Shown here: one piece after another, positions 8,701-17,856 of the stretch
Layout of the letters: the number at the start of each line of letters is the position of its first letter
How positions within the stretch are numbered: the first letter of the stretch is position 1
Source of the DNA: a virus
Taxonomy: Duplodnaviria > Heunggongvirae > Uroviricota > Caudoviricetes
IMG/VR virus record: IMGVR_UViG_3300044719_000150
Strand: one strand, 5' to 3'
Length of the DNA: 55,890 bases
The notes under the pieces: model-generated
What the model was told of the DNA's origin: nothing
The model's input: the letters and a program-made list of their open reading frames with translations, nothing else
Databases searched by the model: none
Translations under genes and position numbers: made by a program

Positions 8701-9321
8701 GACGCCACCATTTCGGGTGCCGAATTGCACCTGTGCATGGGTGGCGTGAACTGCAAGTGCTATCTTTCAGCCACCACCGTCTCTGACGGAACCGGGGGCG
8801 GTGGTTTCTTCAAGGCGGCACGCGCCGCATTCTCCGCGAGCCTCAAGAGTGTTCTCGGGAAGGCCCACGCCGAGGAAATCACGCAGCACGACCACGGCTA
8901 TCACAGCCACCCGGACGAGACGCACCACGTCTATGCGTACCTAGCAAGGCACTACCCCGCCAAGGTGCTCGGATGGGTGAAGTCGGCACGCTGGAGCGGT
9001 CCTGTCGAGGTCAAGCTCAAGGACATCGACATGAAGCGCCGTCAGGGCGGTCGGCGTAATCCCGACAAGGTGCGCGCCATCGCCCACGGGATCGAGGACG
9101 GTCACAAGATCGATCCGATCGTGTTGGTGAAGGTTCCCGGCGAGAAGAAATACCAAATCGCCGACGGATGGCACCGCACGGCCGGTATCGAGGCGACCGG
9201 GCGCAAGAGCGCCATGGCATGGATCGGAGAAGTCGATGCGGGTTCTTCGTTCTCTGCCGAGGAAATGGGCGCGGCGAGCCTCAACTACCAGCGCTCCGGC
9301 CTCGACCACAATAATCATTGA
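5770..9321 (+). CDS. Portal protein fused to a Cys4 module, a MuF/minor-capsid domain and a C-terminal ParB-like domain
   Basis: Portal-like N-terminal half (YGYSPVEQA, YSEGSVP, FDVMPMELG, SIDEAR-x-x-x-G); CGNC...C...CDRW; YTW...CKLC...NCKC MuF pattern; DPIVLV...IADGWHR. Confidence 0.85.
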   Translation: MSSEDARKLLSSLKAMKPSQATIGSGYGVPGGTYAQGMSPLVANYAMPGMPYGERTYGTALPRDPREFLSGMFSPLSPIQPVAIDQPRPGFERPEPRDFEYPVSWNMPIGIPGSEGLKLASFANLRSIADIYSVARACIKLRIQEILGLEWDIIPTKDAEKNMRGDDGKHKDFQKRRAEAMKFWRNPDPTYGSFESWLSAILEDILVIDALSLYLHPSRMRGKGLLGSDVAAVEIIAGETIRPLLDVSGGRPKPPNPAYQQYMYGVPRADLMTVIDHEDLPEGMSESMVAEYRGDQLLYLPYFRRSWTPYGYSPVEQALIPAMMGIQRQSWQLDTYSEGSVPAVFISAGDTNATPNQLRELQDALNAMAGDPAWKHKIIVLPGGSKIDPMKPQALADAFDEIMMTQMCMAFDVMPMELGISPKVSTSQSPGAANQMAKASEKVNQRKALRPMLKWLKASVFDFVMQKVCKQPDMQFMWEGLEEGVDEESQVGLLIQEISFGLRSIDEARIQRGEQPWGLPMTSDPVYATPNGLMPIGSIDPQTGMPAALQPEVAPGSALPGANMPNGALAGTTPSGNPSSARTVKPGKPNRLPTASVPGPKAKPVANTAPSQKPVASGPRVSPAHTSQGSSTKSEKVSKASVNYREGSPARHCGNCSMYRLNPPDFESGACTLVEGIIEETMVCDRWARESGRTAKGIDTKAALKELDLVRRQLKAGRSITEWQVKDLPQQVIDELRADLPYMDLAEAVTKARDSVYKLAKARAGQGTADREAAIGHVQSRVASELRRLCDGVENGKLSTADFLAGATQVMRTGLRAGLQAGANAAVDQMRAEKRMALRFQGETWRNIVKDDGGESDGYNDVLDSGTPYSDYLDMVAGREAERQSGYLSGLLQDILAAFGMKDWLDNLSSRLDLYAAQVRSAYEQGYGTTYAAMNPDGVIYTWYVTSDKPCKLCLNRDGQQFTEDQLPGFPGQGGFGDATISGAELHLCMGGVNCKCYLSATTVSDGTGGGGFFKAARAAFSASLKSVLGKAHAEEITQHDHGYHSHPDETHHVYAYLARHYPAKVLGWVKSARWSGPVEVKLKDIDMKRRQGGRRNPDKVRAIAHGIEDGHKIDPIVLVKVPGEKKYQIADGWHRTAGIEATGRKSAMAWIGEVDAGSSFSAEEMGAASLNYQRSGLDHNNH

Positions 9322-9560
9322 TGGCTAAACCCTGGATGCGGCCCGCCCCGTGGCAGGCGTCTACGGATGTGATCGAGAAGATCCGCCGCTGCGCCATCTG
9401 CGGGGCCGACGCCGTGTGGTGCCTGGTCTCCGAGGACACGGCGTTCGCGTTCTGCGGCCCGTGCTGCTGCCGCTGGTCGCATCCACAGTCCGAGCGCATG
9501 GACGAGGACGACCCTTACCAGTCCTGTCCCGAGTGCTCGAAGGCTGAGATAACTCAATGA
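9318..9560 (+). CDS. Small Cys-rich protein
   Basis: CAIC, FCGPCCC and CPEC motifs; overlaps the portal stop. Confidence 0.55.
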   Translation: MMAKPWMRPAPWQASTDVIEKIRRCAICGADAVWCLVSEDTAFAFCGPCCCRWSHPQSERMDEDDPYQSCPECSKAEITQ

Positions 9561-9760
9561 ATATCTACAAGGTGACGTACGTGGAGATCGACGCGACCAC
9601 GACGTCCGCACAGCAGGTGGCCGTCGATTCGGTGGCCGCCGACGAGTACGAGGTCGGCAAGGACTTCGTGATCTTCATCGACGACAACCACAACACCGTC
9701 GCCTCGTACGCCGCCAAGCGCGTCGTTTCGATTCTCACCTCCGGCGCCCCGGCGTCGTGA
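9557..9760 (+). CDS. Hypothetical protein
   Basis: 67-aa ORF coupled to the previous gene (ATGA overlap). Confidence 0.7.
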   Translation: MNIYKVTYVEIDATTTSAQQVAVDSVAADEYEVGKDFVIFIDDNHNTVASYAAKRVVSILTSGAPAS

Positions 9761-9791
9761 ACCTATTCCCGACCGCCACCGGAGGAGATGT

Positions 9792-12455
9792 GTGGCTGTA
9801 ACCAACAAGGTCTATGCCTCGTTCCCGATCGTCAAGTCCGAGACGGACGCCGAGGGAAACCTGGTCGTCTACGGCAAGGCGACCTCGGGCATCGTGGACT
9901 CGGACCGCCAGATCATCGACCCCTCCTGGTCGGCAGGCGCCCTCAAGAAGTGGATGGACTCCGGCGCGAACCTGCGCGTCCAGCACCAGGCCCGGCGCGA
10001 TCCCGCCGGGAAGGGACTGGAAATCGAGGTCGATCGCGACGGCGACGGCGGCCACTGGCTCAAGGCTCTGGTTGTCGAGCCGGTCGCGCAGAAGCTCGTC
10101 CAGCACGGCGTGCTGCGCGCCTTCTCCGTCGGCATCTCGAACCCGGTGATCAACCGAGACATGACCGGCAAGGCGGCTGGCGGCATCATCACCGGCAACG
10201 ACGAGACCGAGATCTTCGAGGTCTCCCTGGTGGACCGGCCCGCCAACAAGGAGTGCGGCTTCACCCTGGCCAAGTCCGCCGGTGACGGCGATGACTGGGG
10301 AGACGTCGGCGACTTCGACGCCCTGCTGTTCGAGGCCGAGTCTGCGGCTCTTGCCAAGGGCGAGGCTGGCGCTTCCCCGGATTCCGACGACGACTCCACG
10401 GGCGACGACTTCGACGAGGGCGACGACGAGGATGACGACGAGGATGACGACGAGGACGCCAAAAAGGCGTACCGCGAGCGTCGCGCCGCCTGGAAGTCTG
10501 CTGAGCCGTCCCTGGCGAAGGCTGCCGGTCCCACCGAGTACCTCCAGGCTCGCGCTGCCTACCAGAAGTGGCTGGCCGAGGGCGAGGCCGAAGGTATCGC
10601 CGACGGCGCGTTCAACACCCCCGAGGGCATGGCCCAGTTCGTCGCCAAGCGCAAGTTCGACCGCAACGTGGGCGGCGGCGTGGACCGCGACAAGATCCCG
10701 GCCGAGGACTTTGCGGGCCCGAACCGCAGTTACCCGATCGTCACGCCGCAGGATGTCGCGGACGCGGCCGGTCTGATCGGCCACGCGGACAACCCGGACG
10801 CCGTTAAGGCGAAGATCATCTCGATCGCCAAGCGCAAGGGTGCCGCATTCGTCGCCAAGCTGCCCAAGGCCTGGAACGTCAAGGCCGCCGAGTTCGAGGA
10901 CGCGGTGGAGAAGGCCAAGAAGCCCGCGTTCGACGGCGCGGCCGAGCCGTTCGACGGCAAGGACAAGGACGGCGACGGTCAGGACGCTGACAAGCCGGTC
11001 AAGAAGCCGAAGAAGTCCACCAAGGCTGGCGGCAAGACCTGCCCCAAGTGCGGCAAGGTCTACCACGCGGACTCCAAGGTCAAGTTCTGCAAGAAGTGCG
11101 GCGCCAAGCTGCCCGGCGGTTCCATGAAGGAGGTTGACGTGAACGACCTGCTGGAGAAGGTCGCCAGCGGCGAGATCACGGCAGCCGAGGCCGCCGACCT
11201 GCTGGAGAAGGCCAAGCGCCCGCTCCCGGCCGACGCCAAGCCTGTGGGCGAGCACCGCGAGCCGGACGGCGAGCTGGTCGAGGGCCTGGAGCCGAAGGCC
11301 GGTCTGCCCACCGAGCCGGACCGCGTGCCGGACAAGCAGCCCTCTTCGATCCAGCTGTCCTACAGCGCCAAGCGGATGCACGACGTGTTCTGCTCCGCGT
11401 TCCACGAGGACGCCGTGCGTGCCGAGTACCCGTCGCTCAAGGGCTTCGGGGACGCCGCCGATGAGGCCTACTGGGGCCGCGAGCTGGCCAAGGCGACCGC
11501 CGACGGCGACGCCGTGGCCGCCGTGGAGCTGTCCGGCATGGTCTTCGCCGCCCAGCAGCTGAAGGCCGCCGACCCGGCCGCCGTCGCTGACGCCCGCGCC
11601 GAGATGCACAAGGCCTTCGCCGACCTGTATCCGAACACCGCGAAGCCGACGCCGACGGACATGTCTCCGGGCAAGTTCCAGCGCCCCTACCTGTCCGCCG
11701 GGCGTGCTCCGCTCCAGGCCACCGGCGCCTCCCCGCGCGTCCCGCCGAGCACGCACACCCCCGAGCCCAGTGACTTCCAGCGTGGCCTGATCACCTCCGG
11801 GCACCAGGCCAAGCCACCGGCCGCCAAGGGCGACGGCAACAACCCCAACGGTTACGACGCGCGCGGCTACTACGGCCCAGCGGCACGCGCAGCAGCGGCG
11901 AATTACATGAAGTCGCTGCACGACCGCCTGACGGTCTCCCAGCCCGACCTGTGCCCGATGGCGGCCTCCGCCTCGGCGATGCCGCCGGAGCTGGGCGCTG
12001 GCAGTGTGCCGCATCCCGCCACAATGCCGCAGACCTACTCGGCGCCGGGCGAAAAGTCGGCTAACGACACGAAGGCCATGCTCAAGGTCATCAAGAAGGT
12101 GGTCGAGAGCAACAAGAAGACCTATAAGGCGTTCGCCGAAAGGGACGAGACTACCGTCAAGGCCCTGAACGCCGAGATCGAGAAGCTGCGCGAGCAGCTC
12201 GACCAGCTGGGAAGCCAGCCAGATCCAGACCAGGCCCCAGTGCGGGGAGTGTCTCGGAAGTCGGCCGCCCCCGAAGCTGAGGTGGCTCCAGTGGAGCGCC
12301 GCAGCCTCGTGGACGAGGCACAGCAGCAGCTGATGAGTGAGCGGGAGCAGGAGATCGCCTACGCGACTCGCCTGATCAAGAGCGGCAACCCGGCCCTCCG
12401 CGCTCGCGGGGAAACGTGGCTGGAGAAGCTGATCGTCGCCCCCGCTGCCGAATAA
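9792..12455 (+). CDS. Prohead (capsid maturation) protease with a long scaffold-like multidomain extension
   Basis: VYGKAT, DSDRQII, RVQH, AFSVG and EVSLVDRPAN fit the HK97-type protease fold; acidic tract, zinc ribbon CPKC...CKKC and C-terminal coiled coil. Confidence 0.85.
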   Translation: MAVTNKVYASFPIVKSETDAEGNLVVYGKATSGIVDSDRQIIDPSWSAGALKKWMDSGANLRVQHQARRDPAGKGLEIEVDRDGDGGHWLKALVVEPVAQKLVQHGVLRAFSVGISNPVINRDMTGKAAGGIITGNDETEIFEVSLVDRPANKECGFTLAKSAGDGDDWGDVGDFDALLFEAESAALAKGEAGASPDSDDDSTGDDFDEGDDEDDDEDDDEDAKKAYRERRAAWKSAEPSLAKAAGPTEYLQARAAYQKWLAEGEAEGIADGAFNTPEGMAQFVAKRKFDRNVGGGVDRDKIPAEDFAGPNRSYPIVTPQDVADAAGLIGHADNPDAVKAKIISIAKRKGAAFVAKLPKAWNVKAAEFEDAVEKAKKPAFDGAAEPFDGKDKDGDGQDADKPVKKPKKSTKAGGKTCPKCGKVYHADSKVKFCKKCGAKLPGGSMKEVDVNDLLEKVASGEITAAEAADLLEKAKRPLPADAKPVGEHREPDGELVEGLEPKAGLPTEPDRVPDKQPSSIQLSYSAKRMHDVFCSAFHEDAVRAEYPSLKGFGDAADEAYWGRELAKATADGDAVAAVELSGMVFAAQQLKAADPAAVADARAEMHKAFADLYPNTAKPTPTDMSPGKFQRPYLSAGRAPLQATGASPRVPPSTHTPEPSDFQRGLITSGHQAKPPAAKGDGNNPNGYDARGYYGPAARAAAANYMKSLHDRLTVSQPDLCPMAASASAMPPELGAGSVPHPATMPQTYSAPGEKSANDTKAMLKVIKKVVESNKKTYKAFAERDETTVKALNAEIEKLREQLDQLGSQPDPDQAPVRGVSRKSAAPEAEVAPVERRSLVDEAQQQLMSEREQEIAYATRLIKSGNPALRARGETWLEKLIVAPAAE

Positions 12456-12466
12456 CGAAGCACTTC

Positions 12467-12497
12467 AAAGGGCGCCCCTGCCTCGGGGCGCCCTTTT
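12467..12497. terminator. Intrinsic terminator-like hairpin between protease and major capsid genes
   Basis: AAAGGGCGCCCC-tgcctc-GGGGCGCCCTTT-T. Confidence 0.75.
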
Positions 12498-12518
12498 CGT
12501 ATCCCCGTAAGGATGGGT

Positions 12519-14360
12519 ATGCCAGTCAATGAAGTCCTGCGTTCGCTGGGGGCGTCCCCGGACGAGCGCTGGGTCGCGTCGGACACCGACGCTGGCCGTT
12601 ACAGCTACGCCGCCGAGATGCTCGGCGAGAAGATGCCGACCCTGGTCAAGGGTGCTGGCTACGCGCGTCCGGGCGGCAACACGCCCCTGACGGACGACGA
12701 CCAGATCTTCAAGGCTTCGATGAAGGCCGAAAACGCCTTCCTCAAGTCCATGAAGGCGGGCATCGATGACCCCGAGGGTGTCATCAAGTCCCTGTCTCCC
12801 GAGTTCGCGGGACACTTCGGCGCGTTCCTCGCCGCGTCCCCGCAGAACCAGCAGATGGCCCGCGTCGTGGAGTCGCTCTCGTCTCAGATCTCTGAGATCG
12901 TCGGCAAGTCCGTGACCCTGACGAGCCCCCTGGGCAGCGGTTTCGTCCCGTTCAACCTCGTCAGCCCGTCGAGGCTCATCTACCCTGTATATTCACCTCT
13001 GAGGAACAAGCTGCCCCGTACCCAGGGTCAGGGTACTTCCTACCGCGCGAAGGTCATCACCGGCATCTCCGGCTCGCTGACCGGCCCGTCCGGCGGCAAG
13101 TTCCTCGACCTCGCCATCCCCGAGCTGGTGCAGGGCGGCGGCTCGTTCTCCAACTGGCCCCTGAACCTGCCTGGTGCGGGCGTTCAGGACGCTGTTGACC
13201 TGAACATTCCATACAAGTTCTTCGGCCAGTCCGAGAATCTCAGCTGGTTGGCACAGTTCTCCGGCCAGGGCTTCGAGGACATCTCCGCGCTGGCGAACCT
13301 GCTGCTCCTCCAGGAGTTCATGCTCAACGAGGAGGCGATGTTCCTGGAGGGCACGTCGGTCGCCTACACGGCCCCGACGAACCCGACGCTGACGGCGCGC
13401 TCCGCGAACACGGGTGAGACCGGCCTGTCCGGCGTCACCACGAACGTCTTCGTCAAGGTCACCGGCGTCAACTACTTCGGCGAGACGGTGGCGCAGGCCT
13501 CCGGCGCGTCGGTGGCCGCCACCAACGGCCAGGTCGTGGATGTCACGCTGGTGCCTTCCACCGGCATCACCGCGTACAACATCTACGTGACCACGGGCGC
13601 CTCCGCTGGTACGTACTACCTGATGGCGGCAGGCGTCGGCGGCCTGAACTTCACGCTCCAGGGCGCGCTGCCGGTCGCGGGCAACAACCCGCCCGTCTCC
13701 GACACCACGTCCTCCACGACGTACCGTCTTGAGGGTCTCATCCCGACCCTCTCTGGCCACTCGTCGGGTTCTTCGAACCCTTACCCGAGCAACTGGCAGG
13801 GCGGCTACGTCAACCAGTCGGTGGGCGACACGCTCAAGACGTCCGTGCTCAACAACGCCCTCCAGGCGCTGTGGGACGGCACCGGCGCTGGTATCAGCAC
13901 CTACGGCGCCTACCGAGCCGACCCTTCTGAGCTGATCGCCGAGGGCGGCGACGTCATGCGCCTGTCCAACGACATCGTGCAGGTCGGCGCGAACACCAAC
14001 TACCGGCTGTTCATCGACCAGGGCGAAGTCCCCGGCACGCGCCTGGGCGCAGCGGTCTCGGAGTTCCAGAACCCGATCACCCGCTCGGTCGTGCGTATCG
14101 TCGTGCACCCGTTCCTGACGCAGGGCACCGCCCTGCTGATGAGCTACACGCTGCCGATGGCCTGGTCCAACGTCAGCAACTGCTGGGAATTCAACACCGT
14201 GCAGGACTACCTCAGTATTTCGTGGCCAGTAATTGACGCCACGTTCAGGTATTCCATGTTCACGTTCGGCGCAATGGTAGCCAACGCGCCGCAGTACAGC
14301 GCTCTCCTTTCTGGTATTCAGAAGTCCGACCGCTCGGGCACCACGGGTACCTGGTCCTAA
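12519..14360 (+). CDS. Major capsid protein with an inserted beta-sandwich (FN3-like) domain
   Basis: Position after the protease; LRNKLPRTQGQG and C-terminal YLSISWP/MVANAP segments; internal APTNPTL...VKVTGVNYFGET...AYNIYV insertion; start ATG 12519 after AAGGA. Confidence 0.8.
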   Translation: MPVNEVLRSLGASPDERWVASDTDAGRYSYAAEMLGEKMPTLVKGAGYARPGGNTPLTDDDQIFKASMKAENAFLKSMKAGIDDPEGVIKSLSPEFAGHFGAFLAASPQNQQMARVVESLSSQISEIVGKSVTLTSPLGSGFVPFNLVSPSRLIYPVYSPLRNKLPRTQGQGTSYRAKVITGISGSLTGPSGGKFLDLAIPELVQGGGSFSNWPLNLPGAGVQDAVDLNIPYKFFGQSENLSWLAQFSGQGFEDISALANLLLLQEFMLNEEAMFLEGTSVAYTAPTNPTLTARSANTGETGLSGVTTNVFVKVTGVNYFGETVAQASGASVAATNGQVVDVTLVPSTGITAYNIYVTTGASAGTYYLMAAGVGGLNFTLQGALPVAGNNPPVSDTTSSTTYRLEGLIPTLSGHSSGSSNPYPSNWQGGYVNQSVGDTLKTSVLNNALQALWDGTGAGISTYGAYRADPSELIAEGGDVMRLSNDIVQVGANTNYRLFIDQGEVPGTRLGAAVSEFQNPITRSVVRIVVHPFLTQGTALLMSYTLPMAWSNVSNCWEFNTVQDYLSISWPVIDATFRYSMFTFGAMVANAPQYSALLSGIQKSDRSGTTGTWS

Positions 14361-14363
14361 CTG

Positions 14364-14403
14364 AATAAAGATAGGGGCTCGGGAATTACCCTGGGCCCCT
14401 ATC
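14364..14403. terminator. Hairpin between convergent capsid and LAGLIDADG genes
   Basis: GATAGGGGCTCGGG-aatta-CCC(T)GGGCCCCTATC; T-rich tail on the minus strand. Confidence 0.75.
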
Positions 14404-14411
14404 TCCGCAGG

Positions 14412-14963
14412 TCAGACCTCAAGCGGTGGCTTATTCAGCGCTTTAACGCGCTGATACATGGATTCCATTTCATCCATTATTTCCTGTGAGATCGAATAGC
14501 TCCGGCGTCGGCACGGTTTTCCCTCTTTAAGATATTCGACATACCCAGTATGACGCGTCCGAATCCCTGACCTTTTCTTCAGGGCCTCCAGTTCGACGCA
14601 AAGCTTCGCCTGCTCCTTTTTTAGGCGCAGATACGGCATGAGTGCAGTGAGTGCGGGAAGCGCACTCCTACCCCCAAACTCCATCGAGTAGAGAGCCCTC
14701 TTCGCTAGAGGGCCAAACACGCCTTCGGAGCGCATCTTGCCGTCGAAGAGGTCGGCGAACGTCTGCACGATGCCCCGATCGGTCATACGTAGTGCGATTC
14801 GCGACCCGTACTGCACTCCCCCGTCGGCACGACTTTGGCGCTGTATCCCGATATGACCTTCACCATCGATGATGCCAGCCATGTATGCGAGATCAAGTTC
14901 AGAGTACTCCACATCGCAAATAGTAGCACGAGCAGGGGCCTCTTTGATGCGGAAGGTCGGCAC
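14412..14963 (-). mobile_element. Free-standing LAGLIDADG homing endonuclease gene
   Basis: LAYMAGIIDGEGHI motif, ALTALMPYLRLKKEQA; opposite strand to the operon; visibly lower GC. Confidence 0.9.
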
Positions 14964-15034
14964 ATGAGCCCCACTTATGCCGCCCCGCCCGGTCTCACTC
15001 CTCGCGGCCGGGCGGGGTTCCCCGAAGGAGTTGT

Positions 15035-15307
15035 ATGCCAGCCGGTGGCCAGAGCTACTCCGTGACCTCCGCTACCCCGGTCCTGCTCGCCTCCGCGCCG
15101 CCCAGCTCTTTTCAGGGCCCGGTCGGCTCGGCAGTGATCACCAACGGCGCTGGCGGCGCCGTACAGCTGAGCGGTCCAGGTGTCACGAGTTCCACGGGTT
15201 ACCCCCTCGCGGCTTCGACCACGATCACCGTGACCCTTTATCCCGGCGACGCGATCTACGCGGTCGCCGCCTCCACGACCTCGACGGTCAGCGTCCTCCA
15301 GACCTGA
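15035..15307 (+). CDS. Small beta-rich virion-region protein
   Basis: 90 aa, Ser/Thr/Gly-rich, after AAGGAG RBS. Confidence 0.7.
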   Translation: MPAGGQSYSVTSATPVLLASAPPSSFQGPVGSAVITNGAGGAVQLSGPGVTSSTGYPLAASTTITVTLYPGDAIYAVAASTTSTVSVLQT

Positions 15308-15320
15308 GTAGGAGCTGCTT

Positions 15321-15617
15321 GTGACCCGCGTCCAGCTGCCGCCCAACTGCTACGGCATCGAAGGTCCCAGCGGCCAGAAGTACTCCGCGAAGCCCGGCGG
15401 GACGATCGACGTCCCGCAGCACGTGGCCGACCGGATCAAGAACTCTTCCGCAGGTGCCTCGGGCATCTTGCGCGGCGGCGAGCTGCTGGCGCTGGGCACG
15501 AAGCGCGGGCGGTGGTGCGACGCCTGTAGCCGCTGGTGGCAGGCGTGGAGCATGCAGTGTCCGCGCTGCGGTGAACCCACCCAGGCGGAATTCCAATCCA
15601 ATGAGGTGGATAAATGA
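15321..15617 (+). CDS. Hypothetical protein with a C-terminal zinc ribbon
   Basis: WCDAC...QCPRCG; GTAGGAG RBS. Confidence 0.7.
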   Translation: MTRVQLPPNCYGIEGPSGQKYSAKPGGTIDVPQHVADRIKNSSAGASGILRGGELLALGTKRGRWCDACSRWWQAWSMQCPRCGEPTQAEFQSNEVDK

Positions 15618-16081
15618 CTGTTTACGCCCCGACGGGCACTTCCTCGATCAACGTCAGCCTCGGCTGCGGCAACGCGCACGCCCCCGAGCGCGAACTGGGC
15701 CCCGGCGAGCACTTCTCGGTGTCGTGCCCAGCCTGCGAGCCGCACATCCTGGCCACGAAGACCGGCTGGTCCTCGGATCTGAGCAGCGTGGCCCTGACGC
15801 CGGACGAGCGCGCCGCCTATGAGGCGCAGGAGAAGGTCGGCCAGCGCGCCCAGGCCATCGCGGCGCGCGCTCTGGCGGAGCGCCTGGGCGACGTCATGCG
15901 CGGCGCGGACACGGCCCCGCCCGCCCCGGTGGACCCGGTGCAGGATGTGATCGCGAAGCTGTCCGCCCTCAACAACGACCAGCTCGCAGCCTTGCGCGCC
16001 GTCTTCACGGCGGACCAGGCGGCGGGCGCGGCGGAAAGCGCCAAGCGCGGCCCCGGCCGCCCGAAGAAGAGCGCTGAGTAA
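15614..16081 (+). CDS. Hypothetical protein with a KRGPGRPKK AT-hook-like tail
   Basis: 155-aa ORF in the operon; CxxC motif. Confidence 0.7.
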   Translation: MTVYAPTGTSSINVSLGCGNAHAPERELGPGEHFSVSCPACEPHILATKTGWSSDLSSVALTPDERAAYEAQEKVGQRAQAIAARALAERLGDVMRGADTAPPAPVDPVQDVIAKLSALNNDQLAALRAVFTADQAAGAAESAKRGPGRPKKSAE

Positions 16082-16089
16082 GGAGTCTG

Positions 16090-16263
16090 ATGGGCCGCCC
16101 ATCTAACCGTTGTCGGCGGTGCGGGGGCCCTCAGCGCGGTCGCGCCGGACGCGTGTCGGACGTGTGGGCCTACTGCGCCACCTGCGGCGACGGGATCTGC
16201 GTCAGGCACACCGTCGCCCGTGACGGCCAGTACGTCTGCACCAAGTGCGCGCGGGAGGGATGA
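16090..16263 (+). CDS. Small Cys-rich protein (57 aa; not in the ORF track)
   Basis: MGRPSNRCRRCGG...YCATCGDGICVRH...YVCTKCAREG after AAGGAG. Confidence 0.6.
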   Translation: MGRPSNRCRRCGGPQRGRAGRVSDVWAYCATCGDGICVRHTVARDGQYVCTKCAREG

Positions 16264-16269
16264 TCATCA

Positions 16270-17238
16270 ATGCCCGTGTATTCCCCCCAGGGCTATGCTC
16301 TCGCCGGTCCCGGCTCGCCCTATGTCACCCCAGCGATGCTCACCGCGTCCGCCACGGGTGTCTCCTGGTCGAGCATCGGCTCCCCGGCCTCCGTGCGTCC
16401 CACCTCCGCTGAGCAGCTCGCGGAACAGATGAACATCTGCCGCCGCGCCTCTGCGATGGCGGACTCGGCGACCAATACCGTGCTGCGCGCCACCGTGGAC
16501 ACCGAGCAGCTCACAGGCCCCGGCGACTTCCGCTTCCAGCTCCAGAATAGCACCGGGCGGGCCAGGCTCCTGATGTCCCGCTCTCCCATCACGGCGGTGC
16601 TCGGGGGGCAGTACACTCCCGCGTCGGCATTCCCGCCAACCTGGACGCAGTTGCCCGCCTCCGCGTTCCGGATCGAGCGGCCCGTCATCGGTTCGTTCGG
16701 GTCCACGGCGCCCTCCGGCTCGGGCGACGGCGGCCAGTCACTGCTGCTCCAGCCGGGATACGCGAGCTGGCTTTTCGGGCGCAACAGTGTTGACCTTCAG
16801 GTGACATATGTCAACGGCTGGCCACATGGAACGCTGATCGCCCCCGCTGTGGTCGGCAGCACCTCGGTCCAGATAGATGACTGCACTGGCTGGGGACCGC
16901 CTGCGGGCGCGACCACGGGCGCCCTCGGCACTATCTACGACCTGGGGTCCGAGGAGGCTGTACTAGTGACCGCAGCATCGGCAACTCAGGGCCCTGGTAC
17001 GTTGACGCTAAGCGCCCCTCTCCAGTTCTCTCACGGCTACGGCGTGATGGTCTCGACGATGCCGGGCACGATCCAGCAGGCGACAATCCTGTTCGCGGTC
17101 TCCCAGGCCCTGGTGCGCGGTTCGACCGCGACGACGGTCCAGGCGGTGCCAGGTTCCAGCGTCGGCCCCGGCGCTTCGCCGAAGGACTTCGAGGACGCGG
17201 CCAAGCACATGCTGTCCCCGTACCGCAGGGTCATCTAA
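16270..17238 (+). CDS. Head-tail connector/adaptor-like protein
   Basis: Position; YVTPAML start, VTYVNGW, C-terminal IQQATIL...AKHMLSPYRRV. Confidence 0.7.
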   Translation: MPVYSPQGYALAGPGSPYVTPAMLTASATGVSWSSIGSPASVRPTSAEQLAEQMNICRRASAMADSATNTVLRATVDTEQLTGPGDFRFQLQNSTGRARLLMSRSPITAVLGGQYTPASAFPPTWTQLPASAFRIERPVIGSFGSTAPSGSGDGGQSLLLQPGYASWLFGRNSVDLQVTYVNGWPHGTLIAPAVVGSTSVQIDDCTGWGPPAGATTGALGTIYDLGSEEAVLVTAASATQGPGTLTLSAPLQFSHGYGVMVSTMPGTIQQATILFAVSQALVRGSTATTVQAVPGSSVGPGASPKDFEDAAKHMLSPYRRVI

Positions 17239-17248
17239 GGGGGCCGAT

Positions 17249-17752
17249 ATGCCGTTGGTGTCGATGCAGACCTACTGCCGCGATCTTCTCGACGGCACCG
17301 CGATGCCGCTGGGCCTGGCTCCCATGAAGGCCTACATCACCCCGCCCAACCCCGGCGTCGCGGAGCAGCCCACGCTGTACATCTGGGACGCGGAGGGCGA
17401 GGAGCGGCGCGAGAGCATGCCGCGCGCCAAGCCGAACTTGCTGTCTACCGGTGCGTTCAAGTTCCTCGAACATAAGATCGAAATGTACGTCACGATGGTG
17501 GACTACGCCGACGACGTGCAGGTGGACAGCAACTTTCCGGCGTGCATCGATGCGGTGCTCGCTGTGCTGCGCAACACGCAGATGCCGGTGCTCAACCGCG
17601 TGGACCCGGTCACTGGCGGCGTCTCGGACGTCACGATGATCGGCGAGCGGATGCGTTGGCGCCAGGGCGTGCCGCGCTCCCTGAACGACCAGCGCATGCT
17701 CTGGTACGTCTGCTGGCTCCAGGTCGATCTAGTGGAGAAGATCCAGGCCTAG
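17249..17752 (+). CDS. Neck / tail-terminator-like protein
   Basis: Position in the neck module; 167 aa. Confidence 0.55.
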   Translation: MPLVSMQTYCRDLLDGTAMPLGLAPMKAYITPPNPGVAEQPTLYIWDAEGEERRESMPRAKPNLLSTGAFKFLEHKIEMYVTMVDYADDVQVDSNFPACIDAVLAVLRNTQMPVLNRVDPVTGGVSDVTMIGERMRWRQGVPRSLNDQRMLWYVCWLQVDLVEKIQA

Positions 17753-17850
17753 CCGGGGCGGCGGAACATTGGGCGTCGCATGCGATATGGCCCCGGCCGG
17801 AGCCTGATGCCGGGCGCGGCTAGTAAGAGTCTCGGACGATCATTGGCCCG
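17752..17850 (-). ncRNA. Two tigRNA-like units antisense to the virion operon (17811-17850 degenerate; 17752-17797 canonical)
   Basis: CGGG-CCA-atgatcgtc-CG-agac-TCT-tactagccg-CG-CCCG and GCCGGGG-CCA-tatcgcatg-CG-acgc-CCA-atgttccgc-CG-CCCCGGC. Confidence 0.85.
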
Positions 17851-17856
17851 TCCCGC

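Noticed and set aside
10380-10460. GACGAC/GATGAC low-complexity repeat
   Set aside because: Encodes the Asp/Glu-rich linker of the protease; not a separate repeat element.
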